Shown piece by piece: positions 19,774 to 30,588 of a DNA stretch of 64,000 nucleotides (position 1 is its first letter; the number at the start of each line of letters is the position of its first letter). The DNA is from Terriglobia bacterium. Lineage in GTDB: Bacteria; Acidobacteriota; Terriglobia; 20CM-2-55-15. A program made the translations under genes and the position numbers. Below the pieces are notes generated by a model. The model saw only the letters and a list, made by a program, of their open reading frames with translations, was not told the origin of the DNA and ran no database searches. Location: contig CAXWPJ010000012.1 in NCBI GenBank assembly GCA_963664115.2, positions 384,001 to 448,000 on the forward strand, written 5' to 3'.

Positions 19774-20793
19774 CTATTTCTTGACGTATTTCCGCAAGGC
19801 CATCCCGCCAGTGAGTGACGCATAGATGTTGCCATCGGCGTCCACGACGACGCCTTCCTGAGATCCGTCGGGATCGGGGTCGTCTATGAACGTGATAACC
19901 TCACCGTTTTCCACGCTGCCAATCCGAATACCTTCCTTCCACGGTGTGTTCCTCTCGTCGTCTGAACTTGAATCGGCAACGTAGAGGATATCGTTGCTGT
20001 CGATGTAAATGCCGCTCGGCCGTCCGAACTGTGGCCACTCGTCCAGAAAAGTCCCGTTCTGATCAAAAATCTGCACGCGCTCGTTTCCACGGTCGCCGAC
20101 GAAAAGCCGACCCCGGGAGTCCATGGCGAGCGTGTGCGGCGTCTCAAACTCTCCGGGTGCTGTTCCCTTAGTTCCCCAGGTCTTGATAAACTGGCCGTTC
20201 TTCGAGAACTTCACGATCCGGGCCGATTCCCCGCCGTGGCCATCCCCAACGAAGATGTCGCCGTTGGGCGCGACGAAGACCGCGGACGGCTGATTGAACT
20301 CATCCGGACCATTCCCTGCTACTCCAGCCTTGCCGAGCGTCATCAGAAGCTGGCCATCCGGACTGAACTTGAACACCTGGTGGCCCTTGCCGTTTCGCCT
20401 CGGGTCGATGCCGTCCGGTCCTTCATGGTCGGTCACCCACACGTTGCCTTCGGCGTCGATGTGGATGCCGTGAGGACGCACGAACATGTCCGCGCCAAAA
20501 CTCTTCATCAGGGTTCCGGAAGGATCAAACTTCAAGATAGGTGGCAGGTCAGAGCCGACGCAGTCATTCTGGCCACAACGCTCGAACAGCCAGATGCTGC
20601 GACCGTCCCCATCGAGAGCCATCGCAACCGTGGAGCCAATCGTCCGCCCCTCGCCTAGCTTGAAGAAACTCTGATTCATAGAATAGGGATCGGGCCGGGC
20701 ATTGATCTCTTCGTTGATTTGCCCGGAAGCCCCTTGGCCGGACGCGACAAACGCGCCCACCAAGACCCAGCTCACGAACTTCCCCTGCCACAT
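19774..20793 (-). CDS. NHL-repeat PAL-like (peptidyl-alpha-hydroxyglycine lyase family) protein
   Basis: RPHGIHIDAEGNVWVTD, HQVFKFSPDG, FETPHTLAMD, VGDRGNERVQIF. Confidence 0.88.
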   Translation of the reverse strand: MWQGKFVSWVLVGAFVASGQGASGQINEEINARPDPYSMNQSFFKLGEGRTIGSTVAMALDGDGRSIWLFERCGQNDCVGSDLPPILKFDPSGTLMKSFGADMFVRPHGIHIDAEGNVWVTDHEGPDGIDPRRNGKGHQVFKFSPDGQLLMTLGKAGVAGNGPDEFNQPSAVFVAPNGDIFVGDGHGGESARIVKFSKNGQFIKTWGTKGTAPGEFETPHTLAMDSRGRLFVGDRGNERVQIFDQNGTFLDEWPQFGRPSGIYIDSNDILYVADSSSDDERNTPWKEGIRIGSVENGEVITFIDDPDPDGSQEGVVVDADGNIYASLTGGMALRKYVKK

Positions 20794-20819
20794 AGCAACC
20801 CCCTTCTGATTACTGCCTT

Positions 20820-20887
20820 TTGAAATGAGGCGGAAAAACTGGTTGAAGGATATTCGACGAGGGATTCAGAAGCAATCAAACTCTCGA
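20820..20887 (-). promoter_or_regulatory. Conserved kinase-type promoter/leader copy
   Basis: TTGCTT-17-TATCCT; -10 plus leader is 26/33 nt identical to that before the truncated kinase at 46942. Confidence 0.7.
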
Positions 20888-21109
20888 TGCCTGAGCACAC
20901 AAAGCGGCGTAAAGAACACACAAGTCAGCCGGAGGCCACTTGTTTTTGAGACGCACGGATTTCATGTTAGTCTCGCCATCAGCAATCACCAGGACGCAGG
21001 CCCCACTGCCCTGGACGACCTACTCCCGGGTAAAGAGGCGGCACGAAGCCTCCGGGCAATGACCGAGATCCGAGCTTAAAAATATGATTCGGGCAATGAA
21101 GGAGGCTAA

Positions 21110-21568
21110 ATGACCATTTCAATGAATCGCTTTGTCGTGTGCATAGCGGCCGTGGGAGTTTTGTTGCTGGCCGGTTTGAACGCGGCGACATTCGCGCATC
21201 ACGGAGGGTTTGTCAATTGGCAGCAGGAAAGTTTGATCGGCCCGGTCACCTTTGTAGCCACGAGTTTTGCGTTTCGTTTTCCGCATCCCCAGATATCCGG
21301 TGAGATCAGGGACGAGACCGGACAGGTCAGGCCATGGGTCATTGCACTGCGTCAGACGCCCACCGGTTTACGGGCTCAAGGCTGGAATCGGACTTCTATC
21401 AAGTCTGGAGACACCCTCGATTTGACCTATAGCCCGCATGTATCCGCAGAGAACGTCGGTATAGCCCGCCGCGTGGTCGTCAACGGAGAATTTCTCCCCA
21501 TCGAACCGGGTGATGAGGAATGCCGCACGACGACGACGCCCTACCGCCGCTGCGGAGACGTGCAATGA
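21110..21568 (+). CDS. DUF6152-like secreted protein (divergent)
   Basis: TFA|HHG, FPHP, W, IKSGD. Confidence 0.75.
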   Translation: MTISMNRFVVCIAAVGVLLLAGLNAATFAHHGGFVNWQQESLIGPVTFVATSFAFRFPHPQISGEIRDETGQVRPWVIALRQTPTGLRAQGWNRTSIKSGDTLDLTYSPHVSAENVGIARRVVVNGEFLPIEPGDEECRTTTTPYRRCGDVQ

Positions 21569-21651
21569 AGTCGCCATCCTGTCAGTGGCCAAAAGCGTCT
21601 CACGGTTGAAGTCACGCCGACAATATGTGACTGGCTAACGAGGAGTTTCCA

Positions 21652-22470
21652 ATGCACAGAGTCTATTGCATGGTCTGGGTTGTAGCGATGGCAGCCGGTA
21701 TGCTTTCTTCAGTAGCTCAAGCGGTGCAGGAGGCCGGTGACCCACGTCCGGGAAATGCGGCCGCCTTCGACCCCCACGATTTTTCTGGACACTGGCACCG
21801 CGAGACGCCCCTCGTCACCTTCGGTGTTGTCCCGACTGTCGCGAACACCACGATCGCGGAAGCTCCGTTTACAGCGGAGGGTAAGGCCCGCTTCGACAGC
21901 AATAAGCCGGGCTACGGCCCCAGAAGAAAACTCGAGAGGAACGATCCCTTGGGACGCTGCGAGCCCATGGGCTTGGTTCGGAATCTTGTCGCTGAAATTA
22001 CTGAGCCCCATCCGACGTGGCAAATTGTTCAGACCGCCGACAGGATCATCCAGTTTTTCGAGTATCGACACGACTGGCGCGAAATATGGATGGATGGGCG
22101 GAGTCTTCCCACCGCGGACGAAGTTTATCCAAAATGGAACGGTTATTCTGTAGGGCGTTTCGAAGGAGAGACGCTTGTTGTGGAGTCGATCGGTTTAGAC
22201 GAGAGAAGCTGGATCGACAAATTCGGCTATCCTCAATCCGAACAGATGCACGTCGAGGAACGCTATCGGCGTGTGGACATCAATACTCTGGAGCTCAGGA
22301 TGACGATCACGGATCCGCTGATATATGCCGGTCCTTGGGAGAGCGACATAAAGGTATTCAGCCTGGACCGTGAGAAAGCCAGTCGATGGGACGAGCAGAT
22401 CTATTGCGTACCCGCCGAGGAATTCTCGTATCAGGAATTAATCGAGTCCGGTAACGTGGTCCCACGGTGA
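21652..22470 (+). CDS. Secreted hypothetical protein, DUF6152-partner family
   Basis: DPLGRCEPMG, REIWMDGR, GYSVGRFEGETLVVES. Confidence 0.82.
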   Translation: MHRVYCMVWVVAMAAGMLSSVAQAVQEAGDPRPGNAAAFDPHDFSGHWHRETPLVTFGVVPTVANTTIAEAPFTAEGKARFDSNKPGYGPRRKLERNDPLGRCEPMGLVRNLVAEITEPHPTWQIVQTADRIIQFFEYRHDWREIWMDGRSLPTADEVYPKWNGYSVGRFEGETLVVESIGLDERSWIDKFGYPQSEQMHVEERYRRVDINTLELRMTITDPLIYAGPWESDIKVFSLDREKASRWDEQIYCVPAEEFSYQELIESGNVVPR

Positions 22471-22557
22471 AAGACGGTATAGCAGCCGGGCACACGAACT
22501 GAGTGAGCACACAAACATTCGACTGAATCACTGCCCTGCTCGGACTGTCCCCGCAGA

Positions 22558-24735
22558 CTAGCGGGCCGGTCTCAGGTATTTGACTTCCCCATCACCGCTA
22601 TAGAAAGCCCAGGTCCCAGCGAGCGGAACCTGGCCAACGCCCGGTTGTGTCCAGTCGCAAACGCCCTCTGGAAAACTTTCTCGAAGGCCGGTGAGTTCAG
22701 CGGCAGCCAATGACCGCGTGTAGTCGCTCCGATCGACGGGCTTGAGCGTGCACTTCAAGACATCGTTGGCCGCTGGGGCTCCCGCCACCATGCGGGCGTC
22801 CGTGCCGATTGGGAACAGTTCCCCGCAACGATCCATGTCGGTGATCTTCGTTGTCGCCGAGGTGTAGCATGCATCGACAAAGCCGGCCGGCCGATGGGCC
22901 CCGACCTTCTGTGCCTGCCCCAGCTCCGAGCTATCCGCCAGTACGCGGGTGACCCACTGGTCCAGAACGGCAACGGCTTCCGGCGAAACGATCCCCAGGA
23001 TCGACTCGGGTCCACGGTGCCCAACCTCGTGCATGACGAACCTGACGTGGTTGTCGATATTTCCATTGGATTTCATCAGCCGGGCACGAGTGACCAGCGA
23101 ATGGTAGCCGTCATGCACGTCGACGTCACGGGCTTCGCCCGGCGGGCATGGCGCGGCTGTGCAGATGCCATCCGTGTATCCGCGGACGTCGAGGATTGGG
23201 ATAGTCCTCAAGCCACCGTCACCGGTATTGAGACGCCCGGTCTCGTAAGCGACCCGCACCGCGTCCGGATTGGCGTGAGCCCGCTCGCCGGACACAATCA
23301 CACCGTTGATGTCATGACCGCCAATGCGTGCGTTCAGATCTGCAAATTGGTCGAAGGTGATGATGCCGTCGTTGAATGCCTTCAAGCCATACTGGACACC
23401 GACGTTATCCCAGGGGCTGCGAGCGAAGCCCGTCGCCGGATCGATGCCATATACATTGACTAGATTGTCCTGGTATGTGCAACGTACGTCCGCCCATAGC
23501 TGGGGGTTGGAAGACATTTGCTCGACCACCGAAGCGTCGCAGTTGTCCGGCGACAGGTTGGGGAACCGCGTCGCAGGTTGGGTGCAGTAGCCGAAGGTAA
23601 TCTTACCGGACACCTCGCGCATCTGGATGTCAGTCAACGGCATTTCGGTGTTGTCAAAATAGCGGACCAAAAGGTTGCAGTCGTTGATCGGCGTGTTGAA
23701 ACTCAGCACGTCCGGATAGCTCCGCCACGGCATGATCCCATCGTAAAGGCCCGGGTAGTCCTGGGCGATGAGGTGCTGCGACATCGAACCACCCGAGGTG
23801 CCCATGCTGAGTGTCAATTCCGGCGGACCGAACAGTTCAATGAACCGCTCCTTGATCTTCGCCGCAGTCTCGGCCTGGACAACGTGGTTGGTGTTGGCGC
23901 CCGTCACCATCAACGACCCGCCGGCGAGGGCGTAGCCGGCGCGAATCAATGACTCGTGCAGGTTGTTGTTCTCCCCTCCCACGTAGCCCTTGCTCGCGTC
24001 GAGCGTGCCGATCGAGGTTCCCATGTGATAGGAGGCCCTCACGCCACCGCGGTGGGACATGATCAGCTTGCCGTTCCAACCAGTCCCGTTACTGACCACC
24101 GTTGGCAGCGGTCCCGCCGCCGGGTCGTGTAACAAACTGATCACGTATGCTGACCGGTTGATGATGCCCTTCTCGTACCAATTGATGAGAGGCACCGTCT
24201 GACCAGTCATCGTGGTCGTCATATCAATATCGTTGGGTCGCGGGCGCGCAGGTTCAAAATCCTTCCACGCGCCACCGGTGCTCCGATAAAAATAGCCGGT
24301 GACCGAGGGCGCCGCGCAGCTTTCATCGGTGGCGGGAGCCAGCCCGTGGGCTTCGTTCTCGCAGACGAATGGTGTTTGCTGCGGCCCCGCGAACAAGGTG
24401 CCGTTGATCGGGTGGTTGGTCAGCGTGAGCGTTGCTTCGATGCCGCCAGCGGACACGGCCAGCGCGTTGTCGCCGTCGCTGAGCCCGTCGACCATTCCGA
24501 TCCATCCGCCGCTTCCATCGGCGACCCAGGCTACCTGGACATCCATACCAGCGACGCTTGCCGTGGGAGCGCCATTCGCCCCGGTGACCCTCACCAGCGC
24601 GTCGCCGCCGGTCACCAGTTCCGGAAACGACGACAAGACCTCAACCTTCAAGTCCTGGCTCCAGGCCGGAACGCCCGCAAGTACCTGGAAAAGGAAAACG
24701 CACGACGCCGCGAAGCGCACAACTTTCCGTGTCAT
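22558..24735 (-). CDS. Secreted DUF6351/tannase-like alpha/beta hydrolase
   Basis: VLSS.PELVTGGDALV, GWNGKL, nucleophile-type GTSGG, WDNVGVQYGL, FPEGVCDWTQPG. Confidence 0.75.
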   Translation of the reverse strand: MTRKVVRFAASCVFLFQVLAGVPAWSQDLKVEVLSSFPELVTGGDALVRVTGANGAPTASVAGMDVQVAWVADGSGGWIGMVDGLSDGDNALAVSAGGIEATLTLTNHPINGTLFAGPQQTPFVCENEAHGLAPATDESCAAPSVTGYFYRSTGGAWKDFEPARPRPNDIDMTTTMTGQTVPLINWYEKGIINRSAYVISLLHDPAAGPLPTVVSNGTGWNGKLIMSHRGGVRASYHMGTSIGTLDASKGYVGGENNNLHESLIRAGYALAGGSLMVTGANTNHVVQAETAAKIKERFIELFGPPELTLSMGTSGGSMSQHLIAQDYPGLYDGIMPWRSYPDVLSFNTPINDCNLLVRYFDNTEMPLTDIQMREVSGKITFGYCTQPATRFPNLSPDNCDASVVEQMSSNPQLWADVRCTYQDNLVNVYGIDPATGFARSPWDNVGVQYGLKAFNDGIITFDQFADLNARIGGHDINGVIVSGERAHANPDAVRVAYETGRLNTGDGGLRTIPILDVRGYTDGICTAAPCPPGEARDVDVHDGYHSLVTRARLMKSNGNIDNHVRFVMHEVGHRGPESILGIVSPEAVAVLDQWVTRVLADSSELGQAQKVGAHRPAGFVDACYTSATTKITDMDRCGELFPIGTDARMVAGAPAANDVLKCTLKPVDRSDYTRSLAAAELTGLRESFPEGVCDWTQPGVGQVPLAGTWAFYSGDGEVKYLRPAR

Positions 24736-24835
24736 CGTATCCCCCTGTCGCATTGTCCGTGCGACGTCCGCCGCACCCGACACTTTATGATCGGTCAGTT
24801 ATACCACTGGCGAAGGCCACGCTACTCGCACCGTC

Positions 24836-25525
24836 TCAATCGGCGGCGAAGCAATAAAATCGTCCAGCGCCGCCCGTGTCGTTGAACGCCTCCAGGCTGC
24901 AACCCGCAGTCGAGTGCGAAGAATTCCAGGAAGTATTCCAGCCACTCATGCGGTCATGGTGGCCGATCATCCCATGGGCATCGGCGCTATCGGAGGTCCA
25001 GTTGTTGCAAGTGCGGTCGTCGGCCTGATTGGACATGCCACCCGGAAAGGCCCGGCCATGGGAATCCGATCCCGTAAGCATGTCGTGTTCTTGCGGGGTG
25101 CCTGCGGCACGACCGAAGCCGTTTACAAGGTCGCCCCCTTCGGTCAACGCAGTTCGCACATTGATGAGGTTGGTGTCACGCTGGACATCGCCGTGAAGAT
25201 CTGCGAGGCTGCCCGCCACCATGGTCCCGTTGGCATTGAACCAAGGTCCGTTGCCGATACGATCCCGTGCGTTGACGGCCGGAGTGGATTGGGTGCCCTG
25301 GGTGCTGAGATAAGCGCGCCAGGTTCGATTGCCCGCGCCGACGGCAGCCGCCAGACTCTGGCACTCGGCGTCGGCACCAGTCAGGCCTCCGAGGTTGCCA
25401 CTGTGCGTGGTGCTCGTGACAAAGAAACCCATCGGTGGCTGCGATTCCTGGCCTTGGGCTAAATTAGCGGCCGCGCTCAATGCGATGGCCACCACTGCGG
25501 CAAGAACGATGTGTCTATGGGTCAT
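24836..25525 (-). CDS. Secreted endostatin/C-type-lectin-like protein
   Basis: GNLGGLTGADAECQ, RTWRAYLS, HDMLTGS, CNNWTS, GRFYCFA. Confidence 0.78.
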   Translation of the reverse strand: MTHRHIVLAAVVAIALSAAANLAQGQESQPPMGFFVTSTTHSGNLGGLTGADAECQSLAAAVGAGNRTWRAYLSTQGTQSTPAVNARDRIGNGPWFNANGTMVAGSLADLHGDVQRDTNLINVRTALTEGGDLVNGFGRAAGTPQEHDMLTGSDSHGRAFPGGMSNQADDRTCNNWTSDSADAHGMIGHHDRMSGWNTSWNSSHSTAGCSLEAFNDTGGAGRFYCFAAD

Positions 25526-25773
25526 GACGTATCTCCCCTGTTCTTTGGTTATATACTCACCAACGGCCCGTGCGGGCCACAGCGGCCCTCTCCGGGCGGT
25601 CGGGCCTAGATGTTAGTTTAAAGGCCGCAAATGCGCCAGCTGTGGATGGGCCGGTCCTGTTCAAAGCGATCATTCACACAGCACAGCTCAAAAGGGGCCA
25701 CGCCGGTTCCACGCCACCATCGACCGTAAGGGTTTCTGCGTGAAAGCATACGACCCTCGAAAAACAGATAGGA

Positions 25774-26028
25774 TTAAGAATCGGAAGACTTCAGGCGACT
25801 GATTGCGCCTTCGGCGAGATCGCGGATCCGGTCCACGGGTATTACGTCCTCACCGAATGTTTCCTCAGCGACAGGAAGCCACTCCCTGATCCTGGGATGC
25901 ACGGCGGCAGCCTCATCAATGATCGCGCTGAAGGTCCGCCACTCGTTCATCCAGTCGGCGTTCGGGTCTTCGGCGAGCTTGTCTCGAATAGCCTCCAACC
26001 TTCGAATCCAGTCCGTTTCCCGGCTCAT
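25774..26028 (-). CDS. Small hypothetical protein
   Basis: GAGGTG RBS before ATG (MSRETDW..), helical composition. Confidence 0.5.
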   Translation of the reverse strand: MSRETDWIRRLEAIRDKLAEDPNADWMNEWRTFSAIIDEAAAVHPRIREWLPVAEETFGEDVIPVDRIRDLAEGAISRLKSSDS

Positions 26029-26162
26029 CGGATACACCTCAAGTGGCAACCTGCCGCTCGGTCGGCTAAGCCACGCGCGGCAGAAGATTCCTCCGTCGAG
26101 GTGTACATCCTCGTTCCGTCTGAATGTCATGTCAATAAGATTCACCGCATGGCAGTTCTGAA

Positions 26163-26191
26163 TTGCCCGAACATCTTTTCTCGACTAGCAT
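26163..26191 (+). promoter_or_regulatory. sigma70-like promoter of the kinase gene
   Basis: TTGCCC-17-TAGCAT. Confidence 0.5.
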
Positions 26192-26225
26192 CTAGGTGCT
26201 AAACGCTCATACGAAACGACGGACC

Positions 26226-28811
26226 ATGATCGGAAAGAAGCTCGCGCACTACGAAGTCACCGGCAAGCTTGGAGAGGGCGCCATGGGCGCCGTCTATCGC
26301 GCCCGGGACTTGCGACTCCACCGGGATGTCGCATTGAAGGTCCTGCCTGAGTCCTTCAGCAAAGATCCGCACCGCATGGTGCGGTTCGAGCGGGAAGCCC
26401 AGGTGTTGGCCTCCATCAACCATCCCAACGTCGCGGCGATCTACGGTCTGGAAGAATCCGGAGGCGTTCGATGTCTCGTGCTGGAGCTGATCGAGGGTCC
26501 GACTTTACGAGAGCACCTCGATAGAAATTCTCTGTCTTTCAGGCAAGCGATTGACATGGCACTGCAAATCGCCCGTGCTCTGGAAGCGACGCACGCAAAG
26601 GGAATCACACATCGCGACCTGAACCCCGCCAATATCAAAATTCTCGAAAACGGAATAATAAAGGTTCTGGATTTCGGCCTGGCCAAAGTGTTCATGGACG
26701 ACGAGAAGACCTCCCCCCTGTCGACCAAAGCGGGTGTGCTGCTGGGAACGCCTGCATATATGAGTCCGGAGCAGGTACGGGGCGGTGCGGTCGACAGCCG
26801 CGCGGACATCTGGGCCTTTGGGTGTGTCCTATTCGAGATGCTCGCCGGGGAGCACGCGTTTCTCAAGAGCACGGTACCGGATACCTTGACCACAGTTCTG
26901 GATCGGGAGCCCGAGTGGGGGAAGCTGCTTCAAAGCACGCCGCCCGCTCTTAGGCGACTACTCGGTCGATGCCTTGCTAAGGAACCCCAACATCGGCTGC
27001 GTCATATTGGCGATGCCATCCTGGAGCTGGAAGAAGCGACTGAAGAAGCCGGTCGCACAGCGTCGGCCAGCATCCCCGTCTCGCAGGGTCGTTGGAGATC
27101 AGCCGCAGCAGTCGGTCTGCTCGGCCTGGTGGTCGGCCTCATGGTGGGCATTCGTGTGTGGGACACCACGCCCGCTGAATTCAGTCTCATTCGCCAGCAG
27201 ATACAGATTACTGACGAGCCCGCCGTTGAAACCTGGCCCAGCCTCTCCCCCGATGGCCAGAACCTGGTGTATGCGGGCAACGGCTCCGGCAATTGGGATA
27301 TTTACTTCAGGCGCGTCGATGGACAGACGGCCATCAACCTGACCGAAAACTTCGAAGGTGATGACCATCAGCCCGCGCTCTCGCCCGATGGCGGACGGAT
27401 CGCGTTCCAATCCAATCGTGACGGCTTGGAAGGCATCTTTGTCATGGGAGCCACAGGGGAATCGATTCGGCGGTTGACGGACTTCGGAGCAAACCCCGCC
27501 TGGTCGCCCGACGGAACGGAAATCGTGTTTGCGACGCTGGAAGTCGAAAGCGACCCCACCACTCGCGGCGGCCTTGACGGAGAGCTCTGGGTCGTCAACG
27601 TGGAAAGTGAGGGTACTCGCCAGCTTGCGACAGCGGGCCGGGACGCAACACAACCCAGTTGGTCACCGAATGGATATCGAATCGCATTCTGGGGTCTGGA
27701 CAGGAAACGCGGCTCCGGGCAGCGAGATATCTGGACAATTCCAGCCGAGGGGGGTGAACCCACTGCGGTCACCGAGGACGTTTATACCGACTGGAACCCC
27801 GTCTGGTCACCCGATGGTCAATACCTCTATTTCTCAAGCGACCGCGCCGGTGGAATGAATCTTTGGCGCGTCCGGATCGACGAACGCACCGGAATTCCGA
27901 CGGGCCAACCGGAACAGATAACCACCGGTGGCTTTTCCCAACAGTTACACCTGACCTTGGCCGGCTCCCAACTGGCCTACGCCGAGCGTCGATCCCGTAC
28001 CAACATTTACGCAGTGGATTTCGATCCCGAAACCGGGCGGGTCGTCGGTGAACCCCAGGCCATCACTCGAGGTTCCCGCGTTGTTGACCACCCCGACGTT
28101 TCCAGAGATGGCCAATGGTTGACGTACATGATCCGAGGCGCGCGGGAGTCCATCATGGCAAGCAGGACGGACGGAAGCGACCTGCGTCGGCTCACGAATG
28201 ATGCGTTCAAGAATAGGGGTCCGCGATGGACTCAGGATGGTACACAGATCGCCTTCTATTCGGATCGAAGCGGTAGCTATGGAATTTGGGTGATGGATCC
28301 CGACGGAAGCGGCCAGACACAAATCACGAACAATCCGGAAACTCCGATAGTCAACCCCGTCTGGTCACCCGACGGTGCAAGGCTGGTTTACGCGTACAAC
28401 GATGTTACTTATGTCGTCGAAGGCCCGGATTGGAGCGAACAGACGCCCACCCGGGTCATGGAGTCGCGGCCGGCCGATTGGTCTCCAGATGGGCGCAGAC
28501 TGGCCAATTCATCCACCCTCACGAACCCGTGGCCGCTTCGGATTCACTCCTTCGATACGGGCGAAACCCTGGAGGTCTCGACTCTCCCGAGCTTCGGCGG
28601 CCGCTGGCTGGACGATCGCAGGCTCGTTTTCGCTTCCGACGGCGAAATCCGATTGATCGACGTTGACTCCGGCCTGTCCCAGCGATTGTTGGACGGCCCC
28701 CGGGGCGAGACCATCAACGTCGCTGGATTTTCACCCGACCGGAGAACGCTCTATGTTCTGCTGAGCGCCGAACCGGAGTCCGACATCTGGCTCATGACTC
28801 TGGGCCCCTAG
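26226..28811 (+). CDS. Hanks-type Ser/Thr protein kinase with TM helix and TolB/PD40 propeller
   Basis: GEGAMG, VALK, HRDLNPAN, DFGLAK, YMSPEQ, DIWAFG; TM segment; repeated P.WSPDG. Confidence 0.95.
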   Translation: MIGKKLAHYEVTGKLGEGAMGAVYRARDLRLHRDVALKVLPESFSKDPHRMVRFEREAQVLASINHPNVAAIYGLEESGGVRCLVLELIEGPTLREHLDRNSLSFRQAIDMALQIARALEATHAKGITHRDLNPANIKILENGIIKVLDFGLAKVFMDDEKTSPLSTKAGVLLGTPAYMSPEQVRGGAVDSRADIWAFGCVLFEMLAGEHAFLKSTVPDTLTTVLDREPEWGKLLQSTPPALRRLLGRCLAKEPQHRLRHIGDAILELEEATEEAGRTASASIPVSQGRWRSAAAVGLLGLVVGLMVGIRVWDTTPAEFSLIRQQIQITDEPAVETWPSLSPDGQNLVYAGNGSGNWDIYFRRVDGQTAINLTENFEGDDHQPALSPDGGRIAFQSNRDGLEGIFVMGATGESIRRLTDFGANPAWSPDGTEIVFATLEVESDPTTRGGLDGELWVVNVESEGTRQLATAGRDATQPSWSPNGYRIAFWGLDRKRGSGQRDIWTIPAEGGEPTAVTEDVYTDWNPVWSPDGQYLYFSSDRAGGMNLWRVRIDERTGIPTGQPEQITTGGFSQQLHLTLAGSQLAYAERRSRTNIYAVDFDPETGRVVGEPQAITRGSRVVDHPDVSRDGQWLTYMIRGARESIMASRTDGSDLRRLTNDAFKNRGPRWTQDGTQIAFYSDRSGSYGIWVMDPDGSGQTQITNNPETPIVNPVWSPDGARLVYAYNDVTYVVEGPDWSEQTPTRVMESRPADWSPDGRRLANSSTLTNPWPLRIHSFDTGETLEVSTLPSFGGRWLDDRRLVFASDGEIRLIDVDSGLSQRLLDGPRGETINVAGFSPDRRTLYVLLSAEPESDIWLMTLGP

Positions 28812-28954
28812 CCTTCGCGCGTGGTGACTCCCGACGACGTGTCGCATCGAGGCCGTCGCGACGAGTCCGATCGAAAACAACTTTGATCACTGAACCCACC
28901 TACCCGCGCGCCACTCACGATATAGAACATCATCAGCGCGCCCGGCCGTGGCAG

Positions 28955-29653
28955 TCAACGCGCTACGGGCGTGCCATAGACTTCGATCCAGTCCACGATC
29001 AGATTTCCCGACGTGCCATGGCCTGCGCCTGAGGTCAGAGTGGTAAAGCCGATCTCGTCAACCTGGCTCAAGTCCACGCCGGTCTTCCAGAGCGGCTGGC
29101 CCCGAACGTTGCCCGCTTCAAACATCGTCTCTGGATTCAGAGGCCTCCATCGAGGGACGTCGACCAGGAAAACTTCGGTCTCGCGTAAATAGGTCGAAAG
29201 CGGCTCTTGATAGTCGCCTACCAGCAGCGTTCCATCCGACAGCTTTATGAGCGGACGAATCTGGTGGAGGCTTCTCTGCCGCACTCGCCAGCGCAGCCGG
29301 CCTGTGCTTCTCAAATCGAGAAAGTTATTCTTATGCTTGAGCATGACGGCCCACGTTCCTTCGGCAACTCCCGTGTAGACGACGCTCACGAGTTCCCCTG
29401 GGTTCGTCGGGTCTCCCTCGTTGCCCAGCAGGAGCCCGGAGTCCCGGCCAACTCCTGGTTTCGAACCCGGACCGTAGACCATTAGATCCAGATTCGGATT
29501 CGTCACCGCGTCCTGTGTCAACTGCACTTGACCCGCGGGTCCCTCCTTAAAGTCTTCACGGAAAAGTAGCGAAGCCGCGTCTTCCTGCGCGAAGCTGTTT
29601 AGGCCGAAGCCCAGAACCACGAGTACCGATAGGATACAAATTGTTTTTCGCAT
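28955..29653 (-). CDS. Secreted hypothetical protein, paralogue of 45969-46706
   Basis: Signal peptide; RPLIKLSDGTLLVGD and DLSQVDEIGF..GAGHG shared with the paralogue. Confidence 0.8.
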   Translation of the reverse strand: MRKTICILSVLVVLGFGLNSFAQEDAASLLFREDFKEGPAGQVQLTQDAVTNPNLDLMVYGPGSKPGVGRDSGLLLGNEGDPTNPGELVSVVYTGVAEGTWAVMLKHKNNFLDLRSTGRLRWRVRQRSLHQIRPLIKLSDGTLLVGDYQEPLSTYLRETEVFLVDVPRWRPLNPETMFEAGNVRGQPLWKTGVDLSQVDEIGFTTLTSGAGHGTSGNLIVDWIEVYGTPVAR

Positions 29654-30038
29654 CACGTCCTCCCTTGCGTTTCTTAGCCACTGATGATTGGTGATCCGGC
29701 TTTCCGCCGCCCGACATCGGGTATCTCTCCCCGGTCCCGAAACAGCCAGTTCACGTCGGCCAGAGCAACCGTGCACATTGGAATATCAGAAACTCTCGAC
29801 AGAGTCCACAGCGAAGGCCGCCGAAATTCGGGGCACCTCCCTTGGATTCCGCCGCCAGTCGTGATCTCGGGTCCTGTGTCGGCTTGGGCTCGCGCTTAAC
29901 GATACGCGTTATTGACTTCCCCCTTCGCTTTCTTCAAACCGGTCACTTCAGTAGCGATAACTCGACAAGACCCGGCACCATCTTGTTAACCCCTAAACGA
30001 TGGGGTAGACTCCGCCGTGAAATAACAAACCACAAAAC

Positions 30039-30554
30039 ATGAATTTTGATCCCTTTTTTCGGTGGGTGGAAGAAAGTTCCCTGAGTGTCTGGATAGTAGA
30101 ATCTCCATCCATGTTTGCATTTCCAGGCATCCTGGTTTTCCACGCCCTGGGGATGGCTTTCCTGGTGGGAGGCAATGTTGCCCTGGATTTGCGCGTGCTC
30201 GGGTTTGCCCGAGGTATCCCGGTTCCTTCGATGGAGAGATTCTTTCCTGTCATGTGGTTCGGCTTCTTGGTGAACACAATATCCGGGATCTTGCTGTTGA
30301 TCGGGTATCCGACCAAGGCGCTGACGAATCCCGTTTTTTACCTGAAGCTCACGCTGATCCTACTGGCCATGGTGACCATGCGGTGGTTCCAGGTAAGGAT
30401 TCTGCGCAACCCGGGCCCGGAAAAGGATTCCGTTTCCTCAAGAGCCAGGCTCCTGGCGGTCGTCTCCATCCTTATGTGGTTTGGAGCGGTCACCTCCGGC
30501 CGCCTGCTGGCCTATACCGCGAACCGATTGACGGTGGACCTGCTGAATTTCTAG
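30039..30554 (+). CDS. DUF6644-like 4-TM membrane protein
   Basis: FHALG..DLRVLG, NPVFYLKL, GRLLAY. Confidence 0.78.
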   Translation: MNFDPFFRWVEESSLSVWIVESPSMFAFPGILVFHALGMAFLVGGNVALDLRVLGFARGIPVPSMERFFPVMWFGFLVNTISGILLLIGYPTKALTNPVFYLKLTLILLAMVTMRWFQVRILRNPGPEKDSVSSRARLLAVVSILMWFGAVTSGRLLAYTANRLTVDLLNF

Positions 30555-30588
30555 AACTTAATAATTATGAAGAGCGACAGAGACTGAA

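Noticed and set aside
24836-25525. C-type-lectin-fold gene as a DGR target
   Set aside because: No reverse transcriptase and no adenine-variant template repeat were seen.
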